Origin: Owenia fusiformis
Taxonomy: Eukaryota
Assembly (NCBI GenBank): GCA_903813345.2
Contig: CAIIXF020000001.1
Coordinates: 3,286,001-3,350,000, forward strand
Direction of reading: 5' to 3'
Length of the DNA: 64,000 bases
The translations under genes were made by a program, and so were the position numbers. Of this stretch, positions 25,708 to 63,610 are shown one piece after another. Each line of letters starts with the position of its first letter. The stretch's first letter is position 1. The notes under the pieces are model-generated. The model did no database searches, was not told the origin of the DNA, and saw only the letters and a list, made by a program, of their open reading frames with translations.

Positions 25708-26350
25708 ATCCTCCATCAACCAAGCAACCTCCATCAATGCCCTGAAAAAGTGAAGGCTCAGGCGTATAAGTCACTAGTCCGGCCTAATTTAGAGTATGCC
25801 AGCTCGGCATGGGATCCATACCGACAAAAAGATATTGATATGTTGGAACAGGTACAGAGAAGAGCAGCCAGGTTTGTAACCAAATGTCACTCAAGGGAAC
25901 CAGGCTGCGTCACCAAAGCTCTTCAAGACCTACAGTGGGAGCCACTGAAGGAGCGTCGAGAGGCTGCTAGAGTTTTCCTTTTCTACAAAGGAAAGCAGAA
26001 CCTAGCATCCATCGACGTGCCTCCATACTTCCGCCAACAGATCAATACCAACACTAGGTTGTATCATCCTTCTAAGTTCATACAACCATCAACTAGAACG
26101 GATGCATACAAATTTAGCTATTTCCCTAGGACAATAGCTAAATGGAACACTCTACCTGGTGACATCTTAGACTGTGACAGTCTAAGTAGTTTTAAATCAT
26201 CATACTATGCCTATGTCAATAACTGCAATTAAAAAGGTGTGTTTTTAATATAGATCTATGTTTTAATGTAAATGGTCCCCAGTGCACAGCAACAAGCCTG
26301 CACTACTGGTAAAGAGGGGTGATGTCAACGCGGTAGCCTGACAGTCTCCC
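25708..26350 (+). mobile_element. 5'-truncated non-LTR retrotransposon (CR1/L2-group ORF2 C-terminus); boundaries approximate
   Basis: ORF 25750-26232: AYKSLVRPNLEYASSAWDPY..LEQVQRRAARFV...SYFPRTIAKWNTLP, the typical post-RT region. Confidence 0.85.
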
Positions 26351-26604
26351 CAGGTAAAATGAGTTTTAAACCATAGATCTATTTTTAAATGTTAAGGTTT
26401 TAAATTATATTCTATTCAAATTCTATCACTGTTAAATTATATATCTGCTTTATATGGGCTTATTAGCCTTTTGCAGATTATTGACATAGACATATCGTAG
26501 AGTGTAGTCTAACAGTAGTCTAATAGCGCTTGAACACCTTTTACACAGATTGACGCATATTTTACTTTGAAATTAAAAACTCATAGAAATACAAAATGGC
26601 CTAA

Positions 26605-27030
26605 GGGGATGCATCAAAAGATCAATGTCTGATAGAAAACTAAATAAATCTAGTTTAGGGGGGAGGGGGTAAAAGCTATTTCAGTTTGCTATCCGACAAA
26701 TTTCAACTTTTAATTTTTTTGCAATTTTGACTCGAAATGCCTTGGAATGGTTTAAAAATAAAGACTTTACCAGATGCCAGTTCTTCACCAAGATGCATGA
26801 AACATGGAATATTATGTCTATTGTTGTTGGGACATGTTTTAAGAATTATAAATAAGTTATATTACCAGATTACTGCCCCCATGAAAGTCGAAATTGAGTC
26901 GCTAAAACATGTGGAAAGTCCGCAATCAACTTTCATTGTATTTAGATTTGAGGGGGAGGGGGGGGGGGGTCCAACTCAACACTAGATTTATTTAGTTTCC
27001 TATCAGACATTGAACTTTTGATGCCTCCCC
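26605..27030. mobile_element. PIF/Harbinger (Tourist-like) MITE
   Basis: ~50-bp TIRs GGGGATGCATCAAAAGATCAATGTCTGATAG... / ...CTATCAGACATTGAACTTTTGATGCCTCCCC, with TAA on both sides. Confidence 0.8.
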
Positions 27031-27569
27031 TAAAGCATGTCTAATTACTGACCCTTTAACCCTTTTACTGATCACTTATTTTTAGTAGCCTGGACAAAGC
27101 AAAAGTGTGGAAATACAATTTTGAAATGCCTTAATCAGAATAAATGCATACACATACATGTAAATCTAAATGTTAGCAATTGTCCTCTAATATATACCTT
27201 TGTCTGTACATATTTCCACGCTATTTGCTAGTAAGGATCATGCTAAAAACGTCAATCACGCAAGTGTATATTTCGCCGGCCTAGATTTTTCAAGATGGAG
27301 GATGAGAATTGACACTTATTCTCATTCTGAGTTCGTATCAAAGGTCTATGTGTCTACGACTTGCTTTTCCTAGAATATCATCTGTCATAAATGATGGCAC
27401 TAAAATTGATTAATCCATCATAAATAAATTGAAATTAAGAATTGTATATATTTTAATAAAAAATGACGAAACTGATAATTGAATAATGTGTAGCTCTGTA
27501 CGATAATTTCTTCAGCACGTTGTGAAATATTTTTAGAATATTTCTGTGTTTTTAGTTAGATGAGTTGAG

Positions 27570-30500
27570 ATGGAATACATACAACAGCAAAACAATGCCA
27601 GTCTTGGCACAATGTAAGTTAATTTTTACGTTTCATTGGTATTAAAGAAGGGTGTATTCCAAAATATGGAGGGTGTGTGTGACACATTTTTTCTCAGTCA
27701 CTGAGTCAGTGTGCTGTGATAGAAAAATGAAAAAATTGTATTTTTTCGTGCCCATCATTTTATTTTACATCTTTATGCATGCGTATTATCAGTTATCACA
27801 CGTTTCAGCATGATACAGGAAATATTCCACGAAAGGTAATATTGTATCATCCACGAAAGCGAAGCTTGAGTCACCCTATGCAGACAGAGCCTGTGGGAAA
27901 TATTGGGTGGGGCGCAAATGAGTGGAGGGTGCGGAGCTAACGGTCATTTTTGAATTTAAAATTGGGATATTTCTGAAACTAAGCCGTTTTGGGACTTCAA
28001 ATATACCAAGATATGTGTATTTGACACCAAATATCAATAAAATTGTGAAAATAGTAGTGCAATTCATTTTATAGCGACGCAGTATGCCTTAAACATTTCC
28101 CAGACCTATATATTTTGAGACTATCCTTTTAATACTGCGTCCCCAGCATTCATAAAAAATGGTGTTCAAGATACACTACCCATGCAAATTATTTTTGCAT
28201 CTTGGAAGCCAGGCAGTATTTTTATAAAATCACACAGATACTGCCTGGCTTCCAAGATGCAAAAACAATTTGTATAGATAGTGAACATTGAACACCATTT
28301 TTTATGAATGCTGGGGACTCAGTATTAAAAGGATAATTTCAAAATATATAGGTCTGGGAAAGGTTTAAGGCACACTGCGTCGCTATAGAATGAATTGCGC
28401 TACTATTTTCACAATTGTATTGATATTTGGTGTCAAATACACATATCTTGGTATATTTGAAGTCCCAAAACGGCTTAGTTTCTGAAATATCCCAAATTTA
28501 AATTCAAAAATGACCGTTAGCTCCGCACCCTCCGCTCATTTGCTCCGCACCCAATATTTCCCACAGGCTCTGTCTGCATAGGGTGTTGAGTGGTGATACA
28601 TTGTTACCCAAGTGGAATATTTCCTGTATCACATAAGCTGAAACGTGTTATCATCATCATCATCATTTGGTACTGTAGCTGTTAGGCTTGTGTGCCTGTT
28701 GTCGCTAAGCTCTTTTTATATTTATCAGCTAAAAACTGATCGTGATATTTTAATCATTTGAACCACCTGGTCCAAGACACTTTAAGTTTGACAGGTGAGC
28801 TAGGTTAAGCATAGACCCCAAAGATCAGACTTGCAGACTGGTCTTCTTGTTGCAGTACTTCAAGGGTGCGTGCTGTTGTTCCGCCATGCTATACTATGGT
28901 GTAGTGTTTTTCTGACCAGAATTTGTCGAGCCTCGTTTTGAAGGTGGTGATAGAGTCTGAACTTATGACGTTCTCTGGTAGACTATTCCAGTCACTGATT
29001 ACTCTCAAGCTGAAAGTGTTGCTTCTAAGTGAAGTTTTGCAGTGTCTCTTGAATAGTTTTTTTGAATGGCCTCTCGTGGTGGAAGTGGATGACTGGGAAA
29101 ATAAATCAGGGTTTAAGTTGACTAGTCCATTGAATATCTTATAAACTTCTATCATATCACCTCTTTTGCGTCTATAATGTAAAGAGTGTAATTTCAGTTC
29201 CTTCAATCTATAACTATATGCTAGGTCCTTTAGTCTATAAATTAATTTAGTTGTTCTTCTTTGGATTTTTTCAAGCTTTCTTTCATCTGTGATAAATCTA
29301 GGGTGCCATATAAAGTTTCCGTAGTCCAAAACTAGTCTAATTATAGCTTTATATACTTTGATAATACTTTGTTTGTCTATATGTCTAAAAGTCCTTTTAA
29401 TCAGGCCTAGTTTGCTGTTCGCTTTGTTGGCTATTCTTGATATATGACTGTGAAATTTTAATTCATTATCAATTGTGATACCCAAGTCATTTTCCTCTGT
29501 AGTCTCTTGTATTGGTGTGTTGTCTAATGAATATGGTTGATGTACATTTCTGGCTCCTCCTAAGTGAAGTACTTTACATTTGTTGGAATTAAATTTCATT
29601 TGCCAGGTTTCTGTCCATTTAGATAGTGAGTCTATATCATCTTGAAGTGACTTTCTTTGCTCTTGTGTTAAGCTCTCTCCATACAACTTAGTATCATCTG
29701 CGAATATTTTGATTGTATTTTTAACTACTTTGGGGGCGTCGTTGATGTAGATAATGAAGAGACAAGGTCCGATCACGGTTCCTTGAGGCAATCCAGATGA
29801 TACTGGGGCTTCTTCTGACATGTCTCCATTTACTCGGACTCTCTGGGTTCTTCCTGATAGAAAATTAGCTATCCAGCGTTGTAAATTTCCTTGAATTCCA
29901 TATGAATCCAGTTTTTTGATGAGCCTCTGGTGCGGGACAGTGTGATGACGATTTTATCACATGTCTAGGAATTTTGAAGCATTTTGATTTGGTCAGTTAT
30001 GGATTGTGTTCAGAACCCTGTACTCCCGGTAACTACAGTATTATAACTTTTGATTTTGCTTTGAAACAATATGACGTCATACCGTTGTATTCGTACTTGT
30101 TTGTGAAATAGTATGTCGTCATATTGTTTTCCTTAGCTAGGAAGTGATATAACCAGTGACATCACATCATTGCTATTGACTCCGTAGTGATACAGCCCAC
30201 TGTATCACATGAAAATTAGCCAGGTGTCTTGTGATACGGAATATACATCATCACAACTGACCAATCAAAATGTTTAGACACTCCTAATCATGTGATAATA
30301 TGCATTACTACAATCATCAAATTCATATCCTGAGTATATATGTAGTAATAAAAGTTCATTTGTAAAAAAGCATTTTGAAACAGTTCAGCTACCGGCAGGG
30401 CCAGGGAGTGGCGTATGATGTAACATCTGCAAATTAAATATCCGCCGCATCTGTTTGACCGTGCACCTCTTCTTTCTTCAGATTATGCTGTAAGTGTGGA

Positions 30501-33500
30501 GTTTCAATAGCTCCAAATCCTGCCAACATGTGTGTAGGCTGTCTACAGTCAGAGGTCGACATCACAGAAGGAATTCCTAAGTCTGCTACACTTTACTTCT
30601 GTCGTAACTGTGAGAGGTAAAGCACAAATTTGTAATAGTTTACTTAAATTATGGGATAACATTGATTCACAATTTTTGGAGTTTATTTTCAGAACCTCCA
30701 GCGTTCATTTCAAGATGATTATCACTTGTATGACCATGTTACATATAATATATATGTAAATGGGAAGGATGTTCTAGAGTCATTAGATAGTCACACAGAT
30801 TCACAACTGTAAACTTTCTTTTCATTAGGTATCTTCAACCTCCAAGTCAATGGATATCTGCAGCCCTAGAATCAAGGGAACTTCTAGCAGTCTGCTTGAA
30901 GAAATTAAAATCTGGTTTGAGTAAAGTTCGTCTGGTGGATGCTGGCTTTATCTGGACTGAGCCACATTCTAAAAGAATCAAAATGAAACTAGCTGTTCAG
31001 AAAGAGGTAAACAACTGAAGGAAAAATTGAAAAATGAATGTGGAATAATTAGATGAAAGTTAGATGAAGGTTCCTTGTCTCTGAAACAGATCCATCTATC
31101 AGGCAATATCCAGTAAACATAGCCCAACACTAAGTAGTGAACCAACAAAATTGTTGAATCCAAGAATGACATCAGATTTTATTTCTAGGTGAATAATGGT
31201 GCAATTCTTCAGCAAAATTTTGTCGTGGAGTTCACTGTAAACAATCAGATGTGTAATGACTGCCATAAAGTGGAAGCAAAAGACTATTGGAAAGCAGTAG
31301 TACAGCTACGGCAGAAGGTTAGTATGTTCAAAAGATTCAGAAGATACTGTTATAATCTCCAGAGATTTGCAACTATACAAGAATCATTGATATCTTTGCA
31401 GGTTAACTGTCCTCAAAGTATCTTCTGGTTCTTTGTTTAATTGATTTAAGGTAAAACCTGTCTAATCTGAACGCTACTTCATCTAGCCAGAATTATTTAA
31501 ATTAGTAGGTTTTCACATTTATGGTGTCTTACTATGTTAGTCAGTTGTTAACTAAATTGGGACCAAGATAAAGTGTTCACATTTAGAGGTGTTCGGATTA
31601 GAGAGTTGTTTGATTTTGCTGTACATGATTCTGTTCCTGTATTTCAGGCCTCTCACAAGAAGACTTTCTTCTATCTTGAGCAGATGATGTTGAAACACCA
31701 GGCACATAGTAACACCGTTAATATCAAGGAAAACTATGGTAGGTCATTATTGTGTAAACACCATGAAAGAACCTCAGCAAAACTGTGTGATTTTGTAATG
31801 TATCCTGTAGGTCTTTGAAGTGCAAACACCATCAAAGAACCACGGCAAAATTTTGTGATTTTGTCAGTATCCTAAAACATATCCTAGAATTGTCATATGT
31901 TGTCCAAAAATAAGTTTATGTTTTTAAGTTTCTAGTCAAGTTCCTACTTTCTAACAGCCCTGAATTACCGTCCATATTGTCCTTTTCAGTTCTGACATCA
32001 TATCTTCATTGGTATGTCAATGCTCACACATATGTTTGGAATGCTATACATATTACAATGTATTATATACATCTAACAATTGAGGTCTTCATGTTTACTT
32101 GTTTATTTCAGAGGGTTTGGATTTCTTCTTCGCTCAGAAGAATGATGCAAGAAAGTTGACAGAGTTCATACAGCAAGTGGTACCATGCAGGTAGGAACTC
32201 AAAAGTTCAGATCTGATCACACTTGCAATGTATTCCCAATTTCATATATTACTGTTCAATTTCAAATGAGAAAAAATCAAGAAACATCGGATATAATTTT
32301 ATTTGAATACCATTGAATTAACAAATATAGTTTTACTTGTCAGATCATATTTCTATATGTATAAAATATGTATAAGATAAAAAGAACTTCTTGTGATTTT
32401 TTGTGGTATATCTGGTCACACACAGCAGTTAACATCCTCTTAATAAAAACTTGTAGGGCCTATTTGTCAAAAGTCACAAGATATCCTGACACCTCTACTT
32501 CTAAAATAGAGATTATTTCCTTAACACATACAAATAAAACTGTATGTTTCCAGGTATAAAACTGCACAAGAGCTAGTATCACACGATGTGCACAACAATA
32601 CCTATGTATACAAATATACATACTCAGTAGAGATTGTGCCTATATGTAAAGTAAGTATATTTAAAGTATCACTGTATGCATATTTCAATTAAGGGACATG
32701 TTAGGTCTCTGTACAAAATCCAAGTTAATTAGCCAAAACCAGTCATTTTGCTTCCTAATACTCCTCAGGATTTCTAATCAGGAACTGAAGAAAAACATTT
32801 ACATAGCATTATAGAAATTAGCATATTACAACATTTACATTCATTGATCCTAATCGCATTTCACATTGTTACAGTCTGTTATGTTATGTTGCAGGACAAC
32901 ATTGTGTGTCTGTCAACCAAGATGGCCCAGTCACTTGGGAACATCAGTCAGATATGTATCTGCCATAGAGTCACACAGACTCTGCATATCATAGACCCTA
33001 ACACACTGCAGGGTAAGTATTTAGTGTCAAGAACAGGCCTGACAAAGACAAGGAAAACCAAAATCATGTTAGCTGACCTGGAAAAGTCATAGCATTTCAA
33101 AATTATTTTGTTTGTCAATGCCAGGTAAAATGAGATTGGTCAGTGAAATTTCAGTTTATTTCATTATTCAAGTCAAGGAAATTTCAGTTTATTTCATTTT
33201 TCAAGTCAAGGAAATTTCAGTTTATTTCATTATTCAAGTCAAGGAAATTTCAGTTTATTTCATTTTTCAAGTCAAGGAAATTTCGGTTTATATCAATTTT
33301 CAAGTCAAGGAAATTTCGGTTTATTTCAGTTTTCAAGTCAGGGAAATTTCGGTTTATTTCAATTTTCAAGTCAGGGAAATTTCAGTTTATTTCAGTTTTC
33401 AAGTTCATGTATTTTGAATAGATGCCTCACTGTACCTCTATATTACATAATAATTAACTCCTCCACAAATTGATGAAAGACTTCAATATGGATATCAAAA

Positions 33501-35365
33501 TAGAAGTGACATAAACATATGCTTGTTTCAGTTGCTGAGATATCTGGCACCACTTTCTGGAGAGATCCATTCAAGACACTTTGTGCCCCCAAAGATTTTA
33601 CTGAGTACATTATAATGCAGCTTGAATTCATTGAACCCAGCAAGCATCGTCATCCTCTTTCAACCAAGGTAAACTGATGATGATGAGAATAATCTGCAAC
33701 TCTGTGTATTTAAAGATATGTTGCCTTATATGTTACCCTAATATTAGGTGTTACACTCTAGTTAGATTTCACCAGATTAAAAACCCAATAGGATTTAAAA
33801 CATATGTACATGCATAAAGTATGTAGTATTTACAGGATGTAGATGTATACTAGATTCCTACCTATGCTATGTTCTATATATTACAGCATGTGTTAGCAGA
33901 GGTTTGGGTGGTCAAGGCAAGTGAGATAGGTTCCGATGAAGGCCAGTACTTTTGCAAGACACATCTGGGACATTTACTCAATGTAGGCGATTCAGTATTG
34001 GGGTATGTATTTCCAGAATAAAACTATTCACTTACTATTCACCTACTAAAATATATCCAAAACCTAAAGTTTATTAATGACCAGCAAAATAATAAAATGT
34101 TGATGGTATTTGGCCCAATCGGTATGTTATTTCGAAAAACAAAATTTTTTAAGAGTTGTTCAAGTTTCATAATGGATGAAGTGTTGATCTGGTTTCTTAC
34201 TATATACTTCTCTTTATTGTAGGTATGATCTGCGCTTCAGTAATGTTAATGATGCAAATCTTGAGAAAATGTCCCCTGACAGGATACCAGATGTGGTAGG
34301 AACCTGTTTCATATTCTACTCTTGTGATTTGATAGTTACCAAAAGGATCAATTGTTTTATAACTCAAGGCAAGAAAACCTATGTCTATGTTGTAACTTTG
34401 AGTACATGAAACTCATGATGATATTCTTGTTGCTGAATAGTACAGAAGGTTTATGATTGTGTTCTAGCTTGGAGAAAAGAAGGATTACATTTGTATTGTA
34501 GCTTTGAGAAATGATGGTTTATGATTGTGCTTTTAGCTGAGTTATGTAATTGTGTTTTGTAATTTTATCGTATGATTCCTACTGATTTGTAGGTGATAGT
34601 AAAGAAAGTGTACGCAGACAAGGCGAAGCGAAATAGGAAGAGGAACTGGAAGTTGCGTCACATGGATCGTCTTATGGAGGGATCCCAGACCTCAAGTATT
34701 GAAAAGTAAGTCATGTAACGATTATTCAGTTTACAAGCTCAGTTCATTGATAAGTCTGGGCTATACACTTACAATCAGAGCCATTAAATTTTAGCTAACG
34801 ATGAAGTCAGAATTTGACATTTGAATATGGATTGAATACTCTGTAAAAAGTTCTTGGTGTAGTTAACGGATTGTTTGATCCCCAACAAAGATATGTTATA
34901 AACAGGTTTAAAAAACAGGTCATATGAAACATATAAGATATGATTTGTAGACATTTGTACTGTTTTATATAAATAATATTTAATCATTTCAGTCAGTACA
35001 CAGATTTCTTGGAAGATCTGGAAGAGGACCCTGACCTCAGACACAATGTCAACATTTATAAAGGTATGTTGTTTAAATAATCCATTGATGCTCATATAAA
35101 TCATAAATGAACTTGTAGGCAGGCAGTTGTTTGAATTACATTATTAATTAAGGCCAATGAAATATACTAAAATATTCATTTCATCCTCTGATCAGTGTGT
35201 TATTCAAAGACATTTGTGTGTTTTACAGATACTAACAAGATTGCTGTGGATCAGGATGACACAGATGATGAGAATGTTCCAACTGTCAGTCTTCAAGAGA
35301 TGTTGGATGATCTTCACATATCAACTGATGCAACTGGAGAAGAGGGTGCTGAAATGCAAGAGTGA
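27570..35365 (+). CDS. NMD3: 60S ribosomal export adaptor NMD3; coding exons 27570-27613, 30482-30616, 30829-31006, 31189-31317, 31648-31738, 32112-32190, 32554-32650, 32895-33012, 33532-33668, 33887-34002, 34223-34295, 34593-34705, 34993-35063, 35229-35365
   Basis: Spliced translation MEYIQQQNNASLGTILCCKCGVSIAPNPANMCVGCLQSEVDITEGIPK...LESRELL..DAGFIWTEPHSKRIK..WKAVVQLRQK..HKKTFFYLEQ..C-terminal NES-like SLQEMLDDLHI; GT-AG introns; AATAAA near 35881. Confidence 0.95.
27872..28585. mobile_element. 714-bp near-perfect foldback element with CAC...GTG termini and a 6-bp TSD
   Basis: The two ~350-bp arms (CACCCTATGCAGACAGAGCC... / ...GGCTCTGTCTGCATAGGGTG) meet at a short loop near 28222-28238; ttgagt at 27866-71 and 28586-91. 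Confidence 0.9.
28650..29945 (-). mobile_element. 5'-truncated CR1-group LINE (RT C-half, 3' UTR, (ATG)n tail)
   Basis: Uninterrupted frame TVPHQRL..SGLPQGTVIGPCLFIIYIND..IFADDTKLY..W..NSLP to the stop at 28889; (tca)n tail at 28651-28666; imperfect flanking duplication gtgttat/gtgtgat. Confidence 0.92.
33145..33405. repeat. 33-bp minisatellite (~8 copies) in an NMD3 intron
   Basis: Unit gaaatttcagtttatttcatttttcaagtcaag. Confidence 0.92.
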
Positions 35366-35953
35366 CGGAGTAGCCGTGGAGATGTGGATTTATGTGGACT
35401 ACCTGATCAAAGACTGGTGTAACGTTGGAGTCATCGATTGTTGAAGAGATCATGGCTTGTAGTTCACAAATACATTGTTGAGAACTAAATATGGAAATAT
35501 TAATTTAAGGCAATAGACAGATATGCATCATATTCAAGGACGAGTCTTGACATTTATAACTGAGGCATTCTGACTTCTGAGGGTTGTATATACCTGTTTA
35601 TAATGGACAGACAAGAAACTGCCAGTGACCTGTTTTGTCTTCCCATTCATACTCAGTGGAGGGTTTTGGGCTATATCACTATATCCAACATTGTCAAATG
35701 GAATGTTTAAGGGATGAACAAAATACTGTTGATTTGTTGAATATAAGAATAGTGTGATTAGTTCACTACAATTATTATTTATCTATGTTATCATTCAATC
35801 TGGCTTCAATGGGCTTGGATATAATCTCCATGTGCTCTCGTACATTGTACATGACCGTACATGTATTATACTAATCTATAAATAAAATATAAACTGCAAT
35901 GCAACCATGCATGTCAACAAGATATGTTATGTATTATATACATATTAGACATA

Positions 35954-36939
35954 CGAGGGTTGATCATAAAGTTCTCATAATATCTCTCTAATTTCTTTAT
36001 TTTTCAATATTTTCCTATGAAATTTTCACAGAATGTGCAGCATGGAATGCTTTATTAATCCAACAAACAATAATAAGAATAACAGAAATATAAAATAAGA
36101 AATGGTTGCCATAGTAACTTGAAACCAAGGCACCCGGGGCAAATAAAAAGACTAGCTAGAATAGCCCCCATTAACCATGTTTAAATACAATATAAGTTGT
36201 CAAATGAGATATCAACATTAAATTGTCAAATAATATGGGCTCTTAACTGTTGTGAACTATTATAATGGTCATGTGAATTGTATGATCTCATAATGGATGA
36301 TAGTTATGCTTCATTAGAAGTGACTGTTAGATTGATTTTGCCCCTTTAGTTCATTTTTAACGTGTACAGACCACACACAGGGTGTAATTTTGTTGATATC
36401 TTAGCAATATATTTGTTTTAGATCATGTTTAGTCTGACCAGAGGATCTTACAAACTTAACGTAACATTTTATCAGTATGAATTTTATTTTTCTGAAGATC
36501 TCTGCATCTATCGCATTCTCTTACTCAGTCATTTCTGATCATAAGCTTTGAGTCTCAGACTCTGGTATCACATCTAACGGAGCATGAAAGCACCCCCTTT
36601 GACATCACATAACTTACATGATCGCTTTATTTAATTGTTAAAGCACTTTACAACATATTCAAGCTAACATTTAAACGTGCTTGGTAATTCATGAGAGTTT
36701 ATTATGTATGTAAACATGGTTAATTAAGCTCATTCTCTCAATTATTTTTATTTGCCCGGGTGCCTTGATTTCCCGTTACTATGGCAACAATTTCGTATTT
36801 AATATTTCTGTTAAGCTAAATATTTTTTGCTGAATTAATAAGACATTCTATGCTGCACATTCATTGAAAATTTCATTAGAATATATTGAAAAATAAAGAA
36901 ATTAGAGAGATATTATGAGAACTTTATGATCAACCCTCG
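35954..36939. mobile_element. mariner-type MITE with long (~200 bp) TIRs
   Basis: TA|CGAGGGTTGATCATAAAGTTCTCATAATATCTCTC ... GAGAGATATTATGAGAACTTTATGATCAACCCTCG|TA. Confidence 0.88.
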
Positions 36940-39713
36940 TATGAGGATTTATTTTATATAATTCAAATGTTTTTCACTCTCTCATTGGCCATGAGCTACA
37001 AGATGAATGCCTATTTACTAGAATTTCAAAGCAGTCCTATTTAGAATATATACACCACACAGTATATACTGTATATCATGATAGTTTCCCCTGTAAGTTC
37101 ATGTTCATCTTTCCCTCAATATATTTTGGGGTCCAGTTGGATACTAATAACTGTACTACATGTATTTGTTAAATATAAATAAACAGAAATACAATATTAA
37201 TAATAACAACAAAATGTTTATTGATCCAATTATCATTTGGGAAAGTACATATAAGAATGGCAAACATAATATGTTTCAATATGAAGGTCAAGCTGTACAT
37301 TTTACAAAACTTGTGTGTGTAGAGCTATGATCCTCTGGGGATTAGCCTCCTTTACATGAATGAGTATGTAGGTACAAGGAAAAAGTTGTAATTAGGCCCC
37401 TGGAAAAACTAATCCCAGAGGGTCATATTATAGGTTCACGTACAATTTAATTCACTAAAAACATGTAGCTTAACCTCCCTATTATCTAGATACATATACA
37501 TGTACACTTCTTTATGTTTCTATGACCTCATTGTAATTCAATTTTACGATGAAGCAGTGTCTCAGATCTAAGAATTTTCGAATTCAAGAACAACAATAAC
37601 ATCGTTCATAAATTATATTTTGTTATCTTTAAGGTATTTGTTCATTTCACCAGAGATCAAGATAATTTCAAATAAGATTAAAAATGTAAAAAGTAATATA
37701 TGACACTATATTAAAAATTGTGTTACTATAATACTATCATGCACACAAACTGCAAATATGTACTTCTGAAATGCCCAATAGGCTATAACATTAGACACAA
37801 TCTTAAGTTTTGGTCAATCAAAGAAAAGGTTGAAAATATAATAGGCCTACTCAAAAGTAGAAAGAAATAGTAAGAAGGTATAAACTATAAAATATGGAAA
37901 CGGTTGTGAGGATTTATTTTGAATTCATATTTTATTGTTTGTGCCTAGTTACTGAAATGAGTTAATTATTTGAGTAGCCATTTATAGTCTATGGTCTATC
38001 TAGTTAACTCAGAAAGTGTCTGAACTTTATTCAGGATTCTCTAACTCACATTATAGGATAAACATTCACATACTTGAATGCAAAATTTATGAAATTTTAA
38101 TTTACACAATTGTAAACTAGCCTGGTGATTTTTGGCAACTTATAGCAGTAATATATTATATTTCCAGTTTACGTTTTTATTACATTGATACAAAACTTCA
38201 GTTTTTTTTATATCAGACAACAGAAAACTCTACATGGACCTAAAATGCCTCATACAGTAAAATCTGCATTTATAAATGGCACCTCAAAAGGTGTTCCACT
38301 TTCCAGGTTTTACTGTACTTCACCTACATGCTTCTACTAAATACAATACAAAGAAAAGCCATCTGATTTGCTTATCTGATAGTGATATATTATATCACAA
38401 TAACATTTGCAAACTTGTGCTGTGCTAAGATTTTCCATTTTTACATGCATATTGGATTCCTGTGCATTATGATATCACTGCATTATTATGTAACAATGAG
38501 AATATTGTTCCTAATGTTAACTCACTGCCCTTGCTAACTACAGGTGCCTAATAAATAGTGTTATATATACAATTTAACTGTAATATATTATTTGACATGT
38601 GCTTCCAGAGCTCCATTCTTCAATATGGCAGGACAGTATCTACATTTACTCGTTTACTTATACTTACATATACTTATTTGATAAGTTCTTTTGCAACACA
38701 GGTGGAAAAGATTATGGCTTGTATCCATTTCCAATCAATATATAGGAATATTATAAGCTTATCTGGTTAGACTATGCTAAATCTATAAGTTTCTTCCATT
38801 GGGCAAGAATCACAACTTTATGTACAAATGTACAATGACATACACCATGACATAATTCTTTTTAAATGTCGTAGTTTTAACATATGTGATACAAATCCCT
38901 TTGAGGGCATGATGATATAGATCACAAGTTCATAAGTACATTTGAAGCTGAAATATCAAGAAGTACATGTCATTACTTGGTCCAAGAATTTCCAACTAAA
39001 AGAAAGATTTAATCAAAAAATGTAAATTTACAAATGAGAAATAGTCATTAAGTTCAACTACAAAATACTTAATCATAAACAATCCCTTGGCAATCAAGTA
39101 CCACACATATAACACATGCTATCAAGTGCCATTCTAACAATTCCATATTGAGTTGACCTACACTTTAACACAGATTATATTTTGGTACTTGGCAAACTGG
39201 AATTTTGGAAATGTGACTCAAATGCCTACTACAATTAAAATGGCAGATACATTAACAAGTTAGCATTCTTATCAACTGTCTTTCACACTAAAATCAGGCT
39301 TTGGCAAATAATGCATTACATTTTTTGTATGCTTCCATTTAGCTTTAATCCTAGTATTCCTGGCTTTGATCTAAGACTGACTAGTCTCCGTAGTGCCTAC
39401 AATACTTCAGCTGCAGTAAACTTCCAAATCAAACACATTACACACACTTCACTGTACAGGTATTTGATCCAAACAAGCTAAACTTAACTAAAGTGTAAAG
39501 CATTTATTGCAACTAAGGGAGACTTTTCACTCTAAATAGCATCATCATTTGAGGCAAAATTAGGCTTTCATTAGTCTAGTGAATATCCATTGTTTCTCGA
39601 TTTCCTCAAAAAAGAAATGACTCTTTTTGTACGACACAGATCTAGAAGTGCATTGTTATTTCACCATTCTAGATGAAGCCAATACTTTGTCGATTTGCTA
39701 TGTGTTAATATCG

Positions 39714-63610
<23,897 letters not shown>

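Noticed and set aside
33112-33421. ORFs with 11-aa repeats or a CRISPR-like array
   Set aside because: Contiguous 33-bp minisatellite without unique spacers, inside a eukaryotic intron.
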